Shown here: positions 7,589-16,241 of the stretch, piece after piece
How the letters are laid out: each line of letters starts with the position of its first letter
How positions within the stretch are numbered: the first letter of the stretch is position 1
IMG/VR virus record: IMGVR_UViG_3300042934_000176
Location: 1-37,963 of that record
Origin: a virus
Taxonomy: Duplodnaviria; Caudoviricetes
Strand: one strand, 5' to 3'
Length of the DNA stretch: 37,963 nucleotides
The notes under the pieces: generated by a model
What the model saw: only the letters and a program-made list of their open reading frames with translations
Told to the model about the DNA's origin: nothing
Database searches by the model: none
Made by a program: the position numbers and the translations under genes

Positions 7589-9697
7589 TCACCTTCTTTC
7601 TTTAGTTACTTCATCAATTACTCTACCAAATTCTCTACCATCAACATTAATTCCAATCCTGGAATTAGCAAAGGCCCTTACCGTCTCTTGGCCAAGAAGC
7701 TCGTAATCAATAGGTTCAGATTGTGCCATATTTTCCACTATTACCGTATTTTGAATAGCCTTAGTACTAGGCTGACTTAATACATCGTAAAGACCTCTAA
7801 TTCCACCTAAAGATTGCAATATCCCATTTTCTTGCGCCGTTAACACCGCTTCTCCTTTATGTAATAAAGCCGGAAAATCATCGGACGGAACATAATCCAT
7901 ACCTACTCTAAGCCTTGGAATAGTTGGAATGCTAAATCCTTTGCCGCCTACAACCGGTACCCAATCAGGAATTTTAATGCTATTAACCCCTTTTATAAAC
8001 CCATTGATTCCATCAATCATAATATTAAGTGGAGCCTTAAATATACTTGCTAAACCACCAACAATTCCTTCAAATATGCCTTTAATACCTTCCCAAGCAA
8101 GCTTCCAATCACCTGTAAACACACCTTTAATAAAATCAATGATACCTGTTAGAATTTTAGTCACTGCTTTAATACGATCTGTTACATTTTCTGCTATACC
8201 TTTAAATACTTCAACAAATACAGACAAGACAACTTTTAATAATGGTACCAATATATCTGACAAAGTGCTAATTAGCGGGATCAATGCTTCTAGTAAAGGT
8301 GCTAGTGCCTGACTTATCAGATCAAGTATTGGCTCAAGCAGTTCTATAAAAAGATCTATAATTGGCATAAGTAAATCTATCAACTGCAGAAATATAGGTA
8401 ATAAGGTTTGAGCTAGTTCAAGCAATACCGGAAGAAGCTTTTCAATTAACTCCATTACTGGTGGGGCAAGTTCCTGGAATAATTCAATCAAAACTGGTAA
8501 TATTTCTTCTACCATTGGAAGCAGCTGTTCGAACACACCACCAAATAACTCAATAAGAGGTGGCAACATTTCTTCTAATACCGGAAGAATAGCTGTTATG
8601 ATTTCACTTAACATAGGTATTAACATTTCACCTAATGGAAGCAATAACATTTCAACAGATCTTTTTAATCCCTCGAACATTTCGCCTAACGAATCATATT
8701 TAACGTCTTCTATCTCTGATAATTTATCAGTAGTGCTGTCTATTGCACCGCCCATATCGGTTAAAGCTGTAATAGCTTGGACCCCAGTATCTTCCCATTT
8801 GGTACCAAATAAAGCCACACCAATGGCATCCTGTTGGACTTTGTCATCCATGTTAAGCAATTCATCGGTCACTAGCTTAAAGGCTTCTTTCGAGCCCTCA
8901 CCACCCTCTGCGAACTTTTTAAACATATCGTCAGCATTAAGTCCAAGCGCTTCAAAGGCCGCTCTTGATGTGTCAGAACCATCTTTAGAACGAATACCAA
9001 ACTCTTTCATGGCATCGTTCAGATAATCTACTTGATAGGCACCTGATTCAACACCATTTGCCATGGCATTCATCATGTCTTCGACACTTAAGCCCATTTG
9101 CGCATAATAAACACTGTATTCGGCTATCTGATCGGCAAGGTCACCGTTTTGGTTTAATCCGGCTTGTGCACCCTGAGCCATCATGTTATAGGCTGTTTCA
9201 GAATCAATACCAAACTGATTCATCATGGCATTTGCGCCACGAATCGATTCTTGAATATCTATACCAAAGGTATCTGAAAGCAAATAAGCACTCTCAACCG
9301 TCTTCTGTAAATCTGCATCTGACATTTCACCCATCTGTTGAGTTACCAGAGCCATATTGGTAGCTATGTCCTCAAAAGATTCACCGTAGTTATTGGTATA
9401 GATATCCTCTAAGATGCCCTGGTACCGTTCAGCTTCTTCCGTACCTTTACCGGTAGATGCAATGAAGCCATTCATGGCCTTATCCATATCATTAGCACTG
9501 TTTACAGCAGCGATTCCAACACCAATAGCAGCAGCTCCTGCAGCAACAAATCCGGCACCGATTGCTTTTGCACTTGCACCGGCTACGGTTCCTAATTTAC
9601 TACTACTTTTCTCAACTTTACCATGGGCCCGGTCAAGATCTTCATCGAGCTTACTATCATCACCACGTATCTCATATTCAACTCTGCCATCTGCCAT
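7589..9697 (-). CDS. Tail tape measure protein
   Basis: 702 aa; MADGRV start, Ala/Gly-rich minor-tail domain (GVALFGTKWED), periodic L/I-P helical repeats, IPDWVP and ALLHKGEAVLTA. Confidence 0.93.
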   Translation of the reverse strand: MADGRVEYEIRGDDSKLDEDLDRAHGKVEKSSSKLGTVAGASAKAIGAGFVAAGAAAIGVGIAAVNSANDMDKAMNGFIASTGKGTEEAERYQGILEDIYTNNYGESFEDIATNMALVTQQMGEMSDADLQKTVESAYLLSDTFGIDIQESIRGANAMMNQFGIDSETAYNMMAQGAQAGLNQNGDLADQIAEYSVYYAQMGLSVEDMMNAMANGVESGAYQVDYLNDAMKEFGIRSKDGSDTSRAAFEALGLNADDMFKKFAEGGEGSKEAFKLVTDELLNMDDKVQQDAIGVALFGTKWEDTGVQAITALTDMGGAIDSTTDKLSEIEDVKYDSLGEMFEGLKRSVEMLLLPLGEMLIPMLSEIITAILPVLEEMLPPLIELFGGVFEQLLPMVEEILPVLIELFQELAPPVMELIEKLLPVLLELAQTLLPIFLQLIDLLMPIIDLFIELLEPILDLISQALAPLLEALIPLISTLSDILVPLLKVVLSVFVEVFKGIAENVTDRIKAVTKILTGIIDFIKGVFTGDWKLAWEGIKGIFEGIVGGLASIFKAPLNIMIDGINGFIKGVNSIKIPDWVPVVGGKGFSIPTIPRLRVGMDYVPSDDFPALLHKGEAVLTAQENGILQSLGGIRGLYDVLSQPSTKAIQNTVIVENMAQSEPIDYELLGQETVRAFANSRIGINVDGREFGRVIDEVTKERR

Positions 9698-9749
9698 AGA
9701 TTAACCACCTACCTTTATCATAAAATTAAAGGTCATCGGCTCCATGGCA

Positions 9750-9893
9750 CTACTTGACGTTTATATTGATTTCAAATTCCTTTTTACAATTTCGCCCTTT
9801 ACACCGGACAAAAACACCTTTCACTATACTTTTATCATCATAAAGGATAGGCATTTCATAACCACAGTGAGGGCATTTCACTTTCTTTTTCAA
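9750..9893 (-). CDS. 47-aa zinc-ribbon protein (Com-like), not in ORF track
   Basis: TTG start overlapping upstream TGA; MKKKVKCPHCGYEMPILYDDKSIVKGVFVRCKGRNCKKEFEININVK*; CxxC...CxxxxC. Confidence 0.8.
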   Translation of the reverse strand: MKKKVKCPHCGYEMPILYDDKSIVKGVFVRCKGRNCKKEFEININVK

Positions 9894-10486
9894 TTACTCG
9901 CCATCCTCTCTAATGTACCCCACAATGCATTTAAACCATCCTGGTAATTTTCTTGAACATTATCAAGGGCATAATAGGATTTTAATTCAATTAGATTCTG
10001 TCTTTCTTTTTGGTTATACTTCGTAGGTTCTGGGATATCTCTGCCACGAATACTCATAATTTCTTTAATCTTTGTGTTGTCAGACAACCCTTGAAATAGT
10101 GCTATAAACTTTCTCCAATGCAACCTTCCTTGTTGCTCTATGAGATCTATACCATAATCCATAAAAAAAGAAGAGTAGATGTATTCTGCATCCTCTTCAA
10201 AATCAAATACCTTTTTATTGTCCTTAGACTTTCTTTTAGGTTTGATATTTATAAATTCTTCAAATATGTCCACCAGTAAGTCGTTTTTCTGTTGAATTGT
10301 AAACCCTTTTAAGGTTCTCTTGTTAATGACTAAAATATTTATAGCTGTTTGTATCTTCTCTATATCCGTAAGGTCTTCTTTAAACAGATTCTGAACTTCT
10401 AAAACTACATCAAAAGCAAGATTGAGACGGAATACCTTACCGTATTTCTCAATCTTATCATTCAATTCAGAAGATATGAAACTCAT
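9890..10486 (-). CDS. A118 Gp15-like tail assembly protein
   Basis: LNLAFDVVL, FDFEEDAEYIYSSF..DYGIDL, LHWRKFIALFQGL..TKIKEIM.IR motifs. Confidence 0.85.
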   Translation of the reverse strand: MSFISSELNDKIEKYGKVFRLNLAFDVVLEVQNLFKEDLTDIEKIQTAINILVINKRTLKGFTIQQKNDLLVDIFEEFINIKPKRKSKDNKKVFDFEEDAEYIYSSFFMDYGIDLIEQQGRLHWRKFIALFQGLSDNTKIKEIMSIRGRDIPEPTKYNQKERQNLIELKSYYALDNVQENYQDGLNALWGTLERMASN

Positions 10487-10929
10487 TTAAAAATACCAAA
10501 TTTTATTTTTTGCTTACGGTTATAGCCTTGCATAATACTATTTCTTGATTCTTGTGCAACTGATCTTACCCTTGGAATAACTACTTGGATAACGAATGGA
10601 AGTACTTCCTGACACATTTCTATGTATCTGTTTTCATAGAAATCCACTATTGTTTTAGCATCTTCTTTACCGAATACAGCTTCGAATAAATCTACCAAAG
10701 TCATTCCAATAGTTTCAAATGCCTTATCTGTATTCCCTTCTTTTACTTCTTGCTGTGCTTCGGTCATATCTCTTTGAGCCTGTACTAAAGCCATATGCTT
10801 TTCAGATAGCTGCTTAGCCATGACGTCTGCATCTAAATCAACATGAAGCGTATGTATAACATTTCCCTTATCATCAAGTAGTTCCAATTCCTCTTGAACT
10901 CTTTTATGCCTGCTGGCTTGGTATGCCAT
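10483..10929 (-). CDS. Tail assembly chaperone
   Basis: Helical 148-aa ORF between major tail and Gp15-like genes. Confidence 0.7.
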   Translation of the reverse strand: MAYQASRHKRVQEELELLDDKGNVIHTLHVDLDADVMAKQLSEKHMALVQAQRDMTEAQQEVKEGNTDKAFETIGMTLVDLFEAVFGKEDAKTIVDFYENRYIEMCQEVLPFVIQVVIPRVRSVAQESRNSIMQGYNRKQKIKFGIFK

Positions 10930-10943
10930 ATTAATCCCTCCTT

Positions 10944-10974
10944 AAAAAAGGGAGTAGCAAATTACTACTCCCTT
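10944..10974 (-). terminator. Intrinsic terminator after major tail gene
   Basis: GGGAGTAG/CTACTCCC stem followed by TTTTTT on the minus strand. Confidence 0.85.
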
Positions 10975-10979
10975 AATGA

Positions 10980-11411
10980 TTAAACTACAGTTCCGAATGT
11001 TGGTTTACCATTGCCATGGATAACTAAAGTAACTGCATTCGGTTGATTTGCATCTCCACCGGCATCAGTAATATTCGCTAATGTAACTTCCCATGTGATT
11101 GTTTTTGTCCCTCTCGTTAGCCTTAATTGTGTTTTTCTTGCTTCACCAAAAGCATATTGGACAGCATCAGAAAAAATGTAATCACTCACAGGATCACCAA
11201 CTTTTTTATCACCGGTAAAAGTAACCATGTACTGACCACCTGTTACTTCCGAGCTACCCCATCCTTCATCAGACAGATATGTAGCCTGATATAATACTTC
11301 ATTAAGTGCTTGCGAAATATTTTTCATCATTACACCTAAGTCGGACCATGTTTCTGCAGCACTTGGCGTAGTATTTAATTCAGCCTTAATCTGATAATTT
11401 AATTCTGGCAT
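10980..11411 (-). CDS. Major tail (tube) protein
   Basis: 143 aa, Thr/Gly-rich, ends GGDAN...IHGNGKP; synteny; followed by terminator. Confidence 0.85.
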   Translation of the reverse strand: MPELNYQIKAELNTTPSAAETWSDLGVMMKNISQALNEVLYQATYLSDEGWGSSEVTGGQYMVTFTGDKKVGDPVSDYIFSDAVQYAFGEARKTQLRLTRGTKTITWEVTLANITDAGGDANQPNAVTLVIHGNGKPTFGTVV

Positions 11412-11430
11412 TTAATTCACCTTACCTCTC

Positions 11431-11829
11431 TTAAAAATAAATTGTTATATCAACTATACAAGAATAAATATATTGACCGTTTTCTTGCTTTCCCACTAGG
11501 CTAGGCTCACTAGAAACCTCTGCATTCAACCACTCAAATGTTGCGCCGTTGGGATATTCTTTTAATCCTTGCAGGTAGTTTCCTATCTTGCAAAGAGTAT
11601 CATAAACAGCTATCTGATTAGAATTTTTGCATAAGAAAAGCAATGGAATAACCTTATTAGCTTTCTTATTCAGGAATATATCCTGGTTATATCCTGGACT
11701 AATTTCGCATGAGATACCACCATCTGTAGGTAATGATGAGATTCTAATCGTGCTAAATAGAGATAAGTTATCCTCTAGTGTACTAATTACTATATTCAAT
11801 GCTTCTCCCTGTGGTTCTATATCAATCAC
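11431..11829 (-). CDS. Tail terminator / 'minor capsid' neck protein (A118-type)
   Basis: Synteny before major tail; C-terminal PSLVGKQENGQYIYS pattern. Confidence 0.7.
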   Translation of the reverse strand: MIDIEPQGEALNIVISTLEDNLSLFSTIRISSLPTDGGISCEISPGYNQDIFLNKKANKVIPLLFLCKNSNQIAVYDTLCKIGNYLQGLKEYPNGATFEWLNAEVSSEPSLVGKQENGQYIYSCIVDITIYF

Positions 11830-11830
11830 C

Positions 11831-12217
11831 TCACAAATTAGCCTTCAAGGCATTATTGTATACCTCTCTCCACTCTTCTCCATGCACTGACCTTGCATAA
11901 TGCGCCCACATTTTACGAGCTCCGGACCTGGTATATTTAAGTGGTGTATCTGTTGCAACCTTAGGAGCTCTGCCAATCATGACTACACCGTAATACTGAT
12001 ACCTGGCATATGGAGTAGACCAGATAAGCAATCCTTTTTCAAGCTGACTTTGGATTTCTGAACTCCTTATCAAATCACCCTGGTCCTTAGGTACGTATTG
12101 GTTGCAATCCTTTAGAGCCTGTTCTGCTGTTAAAAATATAGCCTTTTCATCTGCAGCCTTTATACGAGCTTTAACAGACTTCTTATCAAAACTAACCCTT
12201 ACTTTACCGACTGGCAT
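11831..12217 (-). CDS. Neck / 'minor capsid' protein (Minor_capsid_2-like)
   Basis: YVPKDQGDL..S and W.TPYARYQYYG motifs. Confidence 0.85.
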   Translation of the reverse strand: MPVGKVRVSFDKKSVKARIKAADEKAIFLTAEQALKDCNQYVPKDQGDLIRSSEIQSQLEKGLLIWSTPYARYQYYGVVMIGRAPKVATDTPLKYTRSGARKMWAHYARSVHGEEWREVYNNALKANL

Positions 12218-12549
12218 TATATCAACCCCACTTCGTAATGATGTAACTTATTTCCGTCATATAAAGGCTCAGTCGTCTTTACAGTATAATCTACTCCATT
12301 AATAGTAATAATCGTTTCTTTGGCAAATTCAACATTCTTTGGTTCACTATTTTTACAGTCATAGAATAGTAAAGTGTTTAACTGTATTTCGTTATTCTGA
12401 CTGTCTTTTACTATGGTTTTTATAGGCTCTAGTCGAATGTATTTTAAATCAACCGGTGGAGTTGTTGTTACGTTTCCCCACCGGTCCTCTGCAGTAATGG
12501 ATTTTATAGTTGCACTATGAATTAATAACTTTTTGGGTATCGCTCTCAT
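12217..12549 (-). CDS. Head-closure / 'minor capsid' protein (Minor_capsid_1-like)
   Basis: Start re-assigned to ATG 12549 (MRAIPKKLLIHS); D.WG motif and C-terminal HHYEVGLI. Confidence 0.8.
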   Translation of the reverse strand: MRAIPKKLLIHSATIKSITAEDRWGNVTTTPPVDLKYIRLEPIKTIVKDSQNNEIQLNTLLFYDCKNSEPKNVEFAKETIITINGVDYTVKTTEPLYDGNKLHHYEVGLI

Positions 12550-12550
12550 A

Positions 12551-12919
12551 TCACAACCCCCTGTACAGTAATCCAGTAGGATTAAGGTACTTATAAGCCA
12601 TTGGTGCAATCATATTAGTTTGTCCAGATCCAGAAGCAGTATAATTAAATTTACCTAATCCAGCACTCTGTAGATTATCTGCAGTATAAATTTCTGTACC
12701 ACCATTTGCATTGATGAACTCAATCTGAGCACATACGGCTTTCTTAAATCTCGTTTGTATATCTGTGGTTTGAAGTAAGAGTAAGTCAGAATTCATTCGA
12801 TAAGACGTAATTTCGTCAATCATTTCAGCTGCTTTTTCTTCAAAGTTGGGAAAGTCGGTTACTGAAACCAACTCACCCCTATAAGTATCTGTATAAAATG
12901 TTTGATCTACATATGGCAC
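12551..12919 (-). CDS. Head-tail connector (adaptor) protein
   Basis: YVD..FY...Y.G, KKAVCAQIE and YL.PTGLLYRGL motifs. Confidence 0.85.
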   Translation of the reverse strand: MPYVDQTFYTDTYRGELVSVTDFPNFEEKAAEMIDEITSYRMNSDLLLLQTTDIQTRFKKAVCAQIEFINANGGTEIYTADNLQSAGLGKFNYTASGSGQTNMIAPMAYKYLNPTGLLYRGL

Positions 12920-12930
12920 ATTAACACCTC

Positions 12931-13272
12931 CTATTCAGTAGGATTTTGCGCCTTATCCTCTGTTTGTTTCTTTTCTTCCTCAGCTTTCTTTTCTGCATCA
13001 GTAATCTTTTTCAAGATACCGTTTACAGAAGATGCATTGCCTATTTCAATGTTATGCTCTGCAGCATAAGCTTTCAACTGCTCTACATCCATACCATCAA
13101 ACTTAGATGGTTCATTTGGTGGATCTTTCTTTTCTACTACTTCTACCTCGTAGCCATGGTCCTTAAACCATTTTAAAAGGGTAGGATTTTCAGTTTCTCC
13201 TACCCCATTAACAAAAACTACACTGGCAGATATACCGCTGTATTGTTTATTCGGTGCATATATCTTAGCCAT
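12931..13272 (-). CDS. Small head-associated protein with HeH/Rho-N-like C-terminal motif
   Basis: Start re-assigned to ATG 13272 after AAGGAGG; MDVEQLKAYAAEHNIEI motif; follows major capsid. Confidence 0.7.
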   Translation of the reverse strand: MAKIYAPNKQYSGISASVVFVNGVGETENPTLLKWFKDHGYEVEVVEKKDPPNEPSKFDGMDVEQLKAYAAEHNIEIGNASSVNGILKKITDAEKKAEEEKKQTEDKAQNPTE

Positions 13273-13285
13273 GTAATAATCCTCC

Positions 13286-14242
13286 TTATTGTACTTTGAT
13301 TTTTCGGAACACACCTGCAGCCTTGGAAGCTTTCAGTGCGATTGCAGCTACCATTTCAACTTCACCTTTTTTTACTGCTCCTGCAGTCTTAAAGTCAGGC
13401 AGCCAAATCTTTACCGGAGAAACACCTGACATTGATACTCCATGAATACCATCCATAGCCAATCTTCCTGCATACATAGAAGTTTCACCAGTAACTCCAT
13501 CAATTGAAACGACTGGATTATTCGAACCTGCTTTTGCCCCAAAATCTACCAGTGTTGTATTTCCGTATTTCTCTACCTGCTGTCCAAAAGAGTTAAGAGC
13601 AACCTGATACATACTGGAGCGTCTTGCGCAAGCTCTAATTTTAGCAATAAGTTTTGTATTGCCACCAATAAAGTCCACTTCTCCGTCTAACCCGCTTAAA
13701 AATTCGTCGAGCATATCAAGAAATGAAGTATAGTTAGATGTAACAAGTGCACTTGTGGAAAGGTCAATAGCAGAAACTGTGTTATACTCTGTATCTGTTC
13801 CAGTTAATGCTTTATCTAAGCCATCAAATGCATTTGCGTCAACCGCACTGTCACCATTAATGAACGTATCATTAAATAGTGCTCTAGCAGCCTTTACTTT
13901 CTGCTCTGATTGAAGTGTAACCTCGCTTACAATACCACCCATGTTAGCAACGACACGGTCAATCTCGAAGGATCCACCAAAGACTTTAAGTTCTACTGTA
14001 TGCCTTTCTTTTTCGGTCGTACTTGGTACATATTCATTGTTTACTGCTCTGAATGTAGCCGTTGGTTGGGTTTTTAATCTGGTATAACCATAAGTGAGTG
14101 TAGCACCGCCACCAGTTGGAGATACTGCATCATCAAAGGTTAATTTGTCTAGAATATAACTAGACTTTCTAAACTCGTCAATAACACCCATCTGCAGGTC
14201 GTCTTGAACGTTTTTCTTAGCTTCTTCTAAAGTAATAGCCAT
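13286..14242 (-). CDS. Major capsid protein
   Basis: 318 aa after scaffold; MAITLEEAK start, FRAVN..Y, GGSFEIDR and FINGD...FDGL motifs. Confidence 0.92.
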   Translation of the reverse strand: MAITLEEAKKNVQDDLQMGVIDEFRKSSYILDKLTFDDAVSPTGGGATLTYGYTRLKTQPTATFRAVNNEYVPSTTEKERHTVELKVFGGSFEIDRVVANMGGIVSEVTLQSEQKVKAARALFNDTFINGDSAVDANAFDGLDKALTGTDTEYNTVSAIDLSTSALVTSNYTSFLDMLDEFLSGLDGEVDFIGGNTKLIAKIRACARRSSMYQVALNSFGQQVEKYGNTTLVDFGAKAGSNNPVVSIDGVTGETSMYAGRLAMDGIHGVSMSGVSPVKIWLPDFKTAGAVKKGEVEMVAAIALKASKAAGVFRKIKVQ

Positions 14243-14259
14243 AAATTAATCATCCTCTC

Positions 14260-14847
14260 TTAATTAAGTTGTGCTTGGATTGCAGATTGTACTGCATCCT
14301 TAAAGTTTTTTGTTTGATTGTTATCATTATTTAGTGATTGGTTAGTTTGAATACTAGTAGTCACCTTTGGTTTAATTGTAGCCGAGGTATCTTCCTTGAA
14401 TAGGAATTGTTTGCTTTCCTGAAGTGCCTTAAGCTGTTCATCTAAACCAGTAATCTTGCCATCATCACCTAAGATTAGCTTAGTCTTATCGAATAAGCCA
14501 GCAACTAAATCTTCATCTTGTGCTTTGCCTGCGATTGCTAATTTAATTGCATTGGTAAGTTTTAATTCATTAAGATCTTTCTGATACTGTTCATCTTTGG
14601 TTTTGTTGTCAGTCTGCAAGGTCTCAATCTGCTTCTTAAGCGCCTCTGCATCCCCGGTAGACTTTTTTAAAGTCTCTAAAGCAGTCTCATTCTCCTTAAC
14701 GGTACCTTTAAGGGTTTTATTTTCCTCGGTAATTTCGTCAAATCTATGTTTAGGGATATAAGTCTTAAGTTCTGTTGCGGATTGCTCAGCTGCTTTTGTT
14801 GCTAATTCTTCTGTTAAACCCAATGCTATAAATTGTTCCTTTGTCAT
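14260..14847 (-). CDS. Capsid scaffolding protein (Phage_GP20-like)
   Basis: MTKEQFIALGL, YIPKHRFDE, coiled coil, GLDEQLKAL.ESK.FLF. Confidence 0.9.
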   Translation of the reverse strand: MTKEQFIALGLTEELATKAAEQSATELKTYIPKHRFDEITEENKTLKGTVKENETALETLKKSTGDAEALKKQIETLQTDNKTKDEQYQKDLNELKLTNAIKLAIAGKAQDEDLVAGLFDKTKLILGDDGKITGLDEQLKALQESKQFLFKEDTSATIKPKVTTSIQTNQSLNNDNNQTKNFKDAVQSAIQAQLN

Positions 14848-14859
14848 AATAATATCTCT

Positions 14860-14980
14860 CCTTCGCTTCTTTATCCCGGTCTCGTCCGGTGGAATTTGGT
14901 TAGTTTAATGTCGTTTCGGACATAAAAATAAGACGTATTAACCCAACGTCTTTAGGGAGATAAAAGGATCACCGCCTTTC
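14860..14980 (-). promoter_or_regulatory. Structured 5' leader of the scaffold gene
   Basis: Three consecutive hairpins on the minus strand (AAGACGT/ACGTCTT + U-rich tail, ATGTC/GACAT, CCGG/CCGG) before the RBS. Confidence 0.5.
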
Positions 14981-15035
14981 TATAAAGAATTATTAGTCTG
15001 CGCCATATATCATTGAAAATTAACTTTAATAACAA

Positions 15036-16241
15036 TCACTCCTCTTTATTTGCATTTATAGCTCTTGAACTTTGCTTCTTTCCAAAACCCTCAACCTGTT
15101 CTCTGTTCCTACGCCTTGGAAGTCCATTTTGTTTGCAGTACATGTTAAGTTTAGCTTCTTTACGCTTAAGGCTTATTGCAATCTCTTGATAGGCTTCTTT
15201 ATCACCTAATACATCAAACATGGCAAGTTCCCTCTTGGACTTTCTCACATCACGTTCAAGAGCTCGCTGACCTTGTAATAATTTGTACTGCTTATCGTTT
15301 TCCTCTTCATCTTGTGGAAAATTACGCTGTATATTAACACCAGGTACATAAGGCGTAATGGAATGACCACAATTAATACCCAGAAGACCATCAGGCTCAC
15401 CATAAGAACTACTTTTCCATGCCGGATACTTCTTATCTTTACCACTGATACAGAATATCTTGCCTTGGTCCTTTGCACATTTAGGACGAGCTCCACTATG
15501 AGAAGAAACCTCTAAATAATCCACATCATAATCTTTAGCTCTAGCTAACTGAGTACCATGAGCAACACTTCCCACTGTAGATCTAATTACCATATTGACA
15601 TAGGCTTCGGGTGTCCAATTCTTACCACCCTTATCAACAAAGGCTGTAATACCTTTAGAATTAAACTCTTTAATAGTCTTTCTTAATGCCTGTTGTCTAC
15701 TCTCAGCTCCCGATATTACTTGCCCAGCTGATTTATTTAATACATTAATAGCCTCTTGATTTCTACCTATTTTCTCAGCTATTGTAGCAGTATCATTGAT
15801 AATCTTTACATACATATCCTTTATATTGTTTCTCATTGTAGTATTAACTAGGTTTAGAGATTCTTTAGCTTGCTTCTGATAGCCCTTCATAGCCTGCTTT
15901 ATATTTGGACTTTTATCAGGTTCAACCGCCTCTTCTAGTATGCCTTGCTTAACTGCCTGCTGAAACCCCGGTTCAATCTCTGATATAGTTTGCATAGCTG
16001 CAGCTGTAATCATATCTTCGAAATATGTACCGGTACCACCTAATGCCTGGGCCATGAGTTTGATATTCTGTTTATTGAGCTTTCCCATTTCTGCTAGTTT
16101 CTGAATCTGCCATTGCCCAGTAGGTGTGACTTGATCATAATTGCGAATATTACGGACAACATTCATCATTAGATCATATTCCATTTTTTCATAGACATCT
16201 GTAATGCTTTGAGACATTTCCAATATCTCTAATGGTGTCAT
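15036..16241 (-). CDS. Minor capsid protein (Phage_min_cap2-like)
   Basis: VSSHSGARPKCA..QG, YG.PDGLLGINCGH and QRALERDVR..KR motifs; after portal. Confidence 0.9.
   Translation of the reverse strand: MTPLEILEMSQSITDVYEKMEYDLMMNVVRNIRNYDQVTPTGQWQIQKLAEMGKLNKQNIKLMAQALGGTGTYFEDMITAAAMQTISEIEPGFQQAVKQGILEEAVEPDKSPNIKQAMKGYQKQAKESLNLVNTTMRNNIKDMYVKIINDTATIAEKIGRNQEAINVLNKSAGQVISGAESRQQALRKTIKEFNSKGITAFVDKGGKNWTPEAYVNMVIRSTVGSVAHGTQLARAKDYDVDYLEVSSHSGARPKCAKDQGKIFCISGKDKKYPAWKSSSYGEPDGLLGINCGHSITPYVPGVNIQRNFPQDEEENDKQYKLLQGQRALERDVRKSKRELAMFDVLGDKEAYQEIAISLKRKEAKLNMYCKQNGLPRRRNREQVEGFGKKQSSRAINANKEE

Noticed and set aside
7929-9704. Several + strand ORFs inside the tape-measure gene (and similar ones opposite other late and replication genes)
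   Set aside because: Antisense shadows of well-supported minus-strand genes, without RBS or motifs.
10478-10500. Programmed -1 frameshift joining tail chaperone to the Gp15-like gene (ATT TTT AAA TGA)
   Set aside because: The -1 frame has a TAA immediately before the downstream ATG, and there is no in-frame X XXY YYZ heptamer; simple ATGA coupling explains it.
13272-13314. A118-style +1 frameshift extending the major capsid into the next ORF
   Set aside because: The +1 frame is briefly open, but there is no CCC-stop type signal and the downstream gene has its own strong AAGGAGG RBS.
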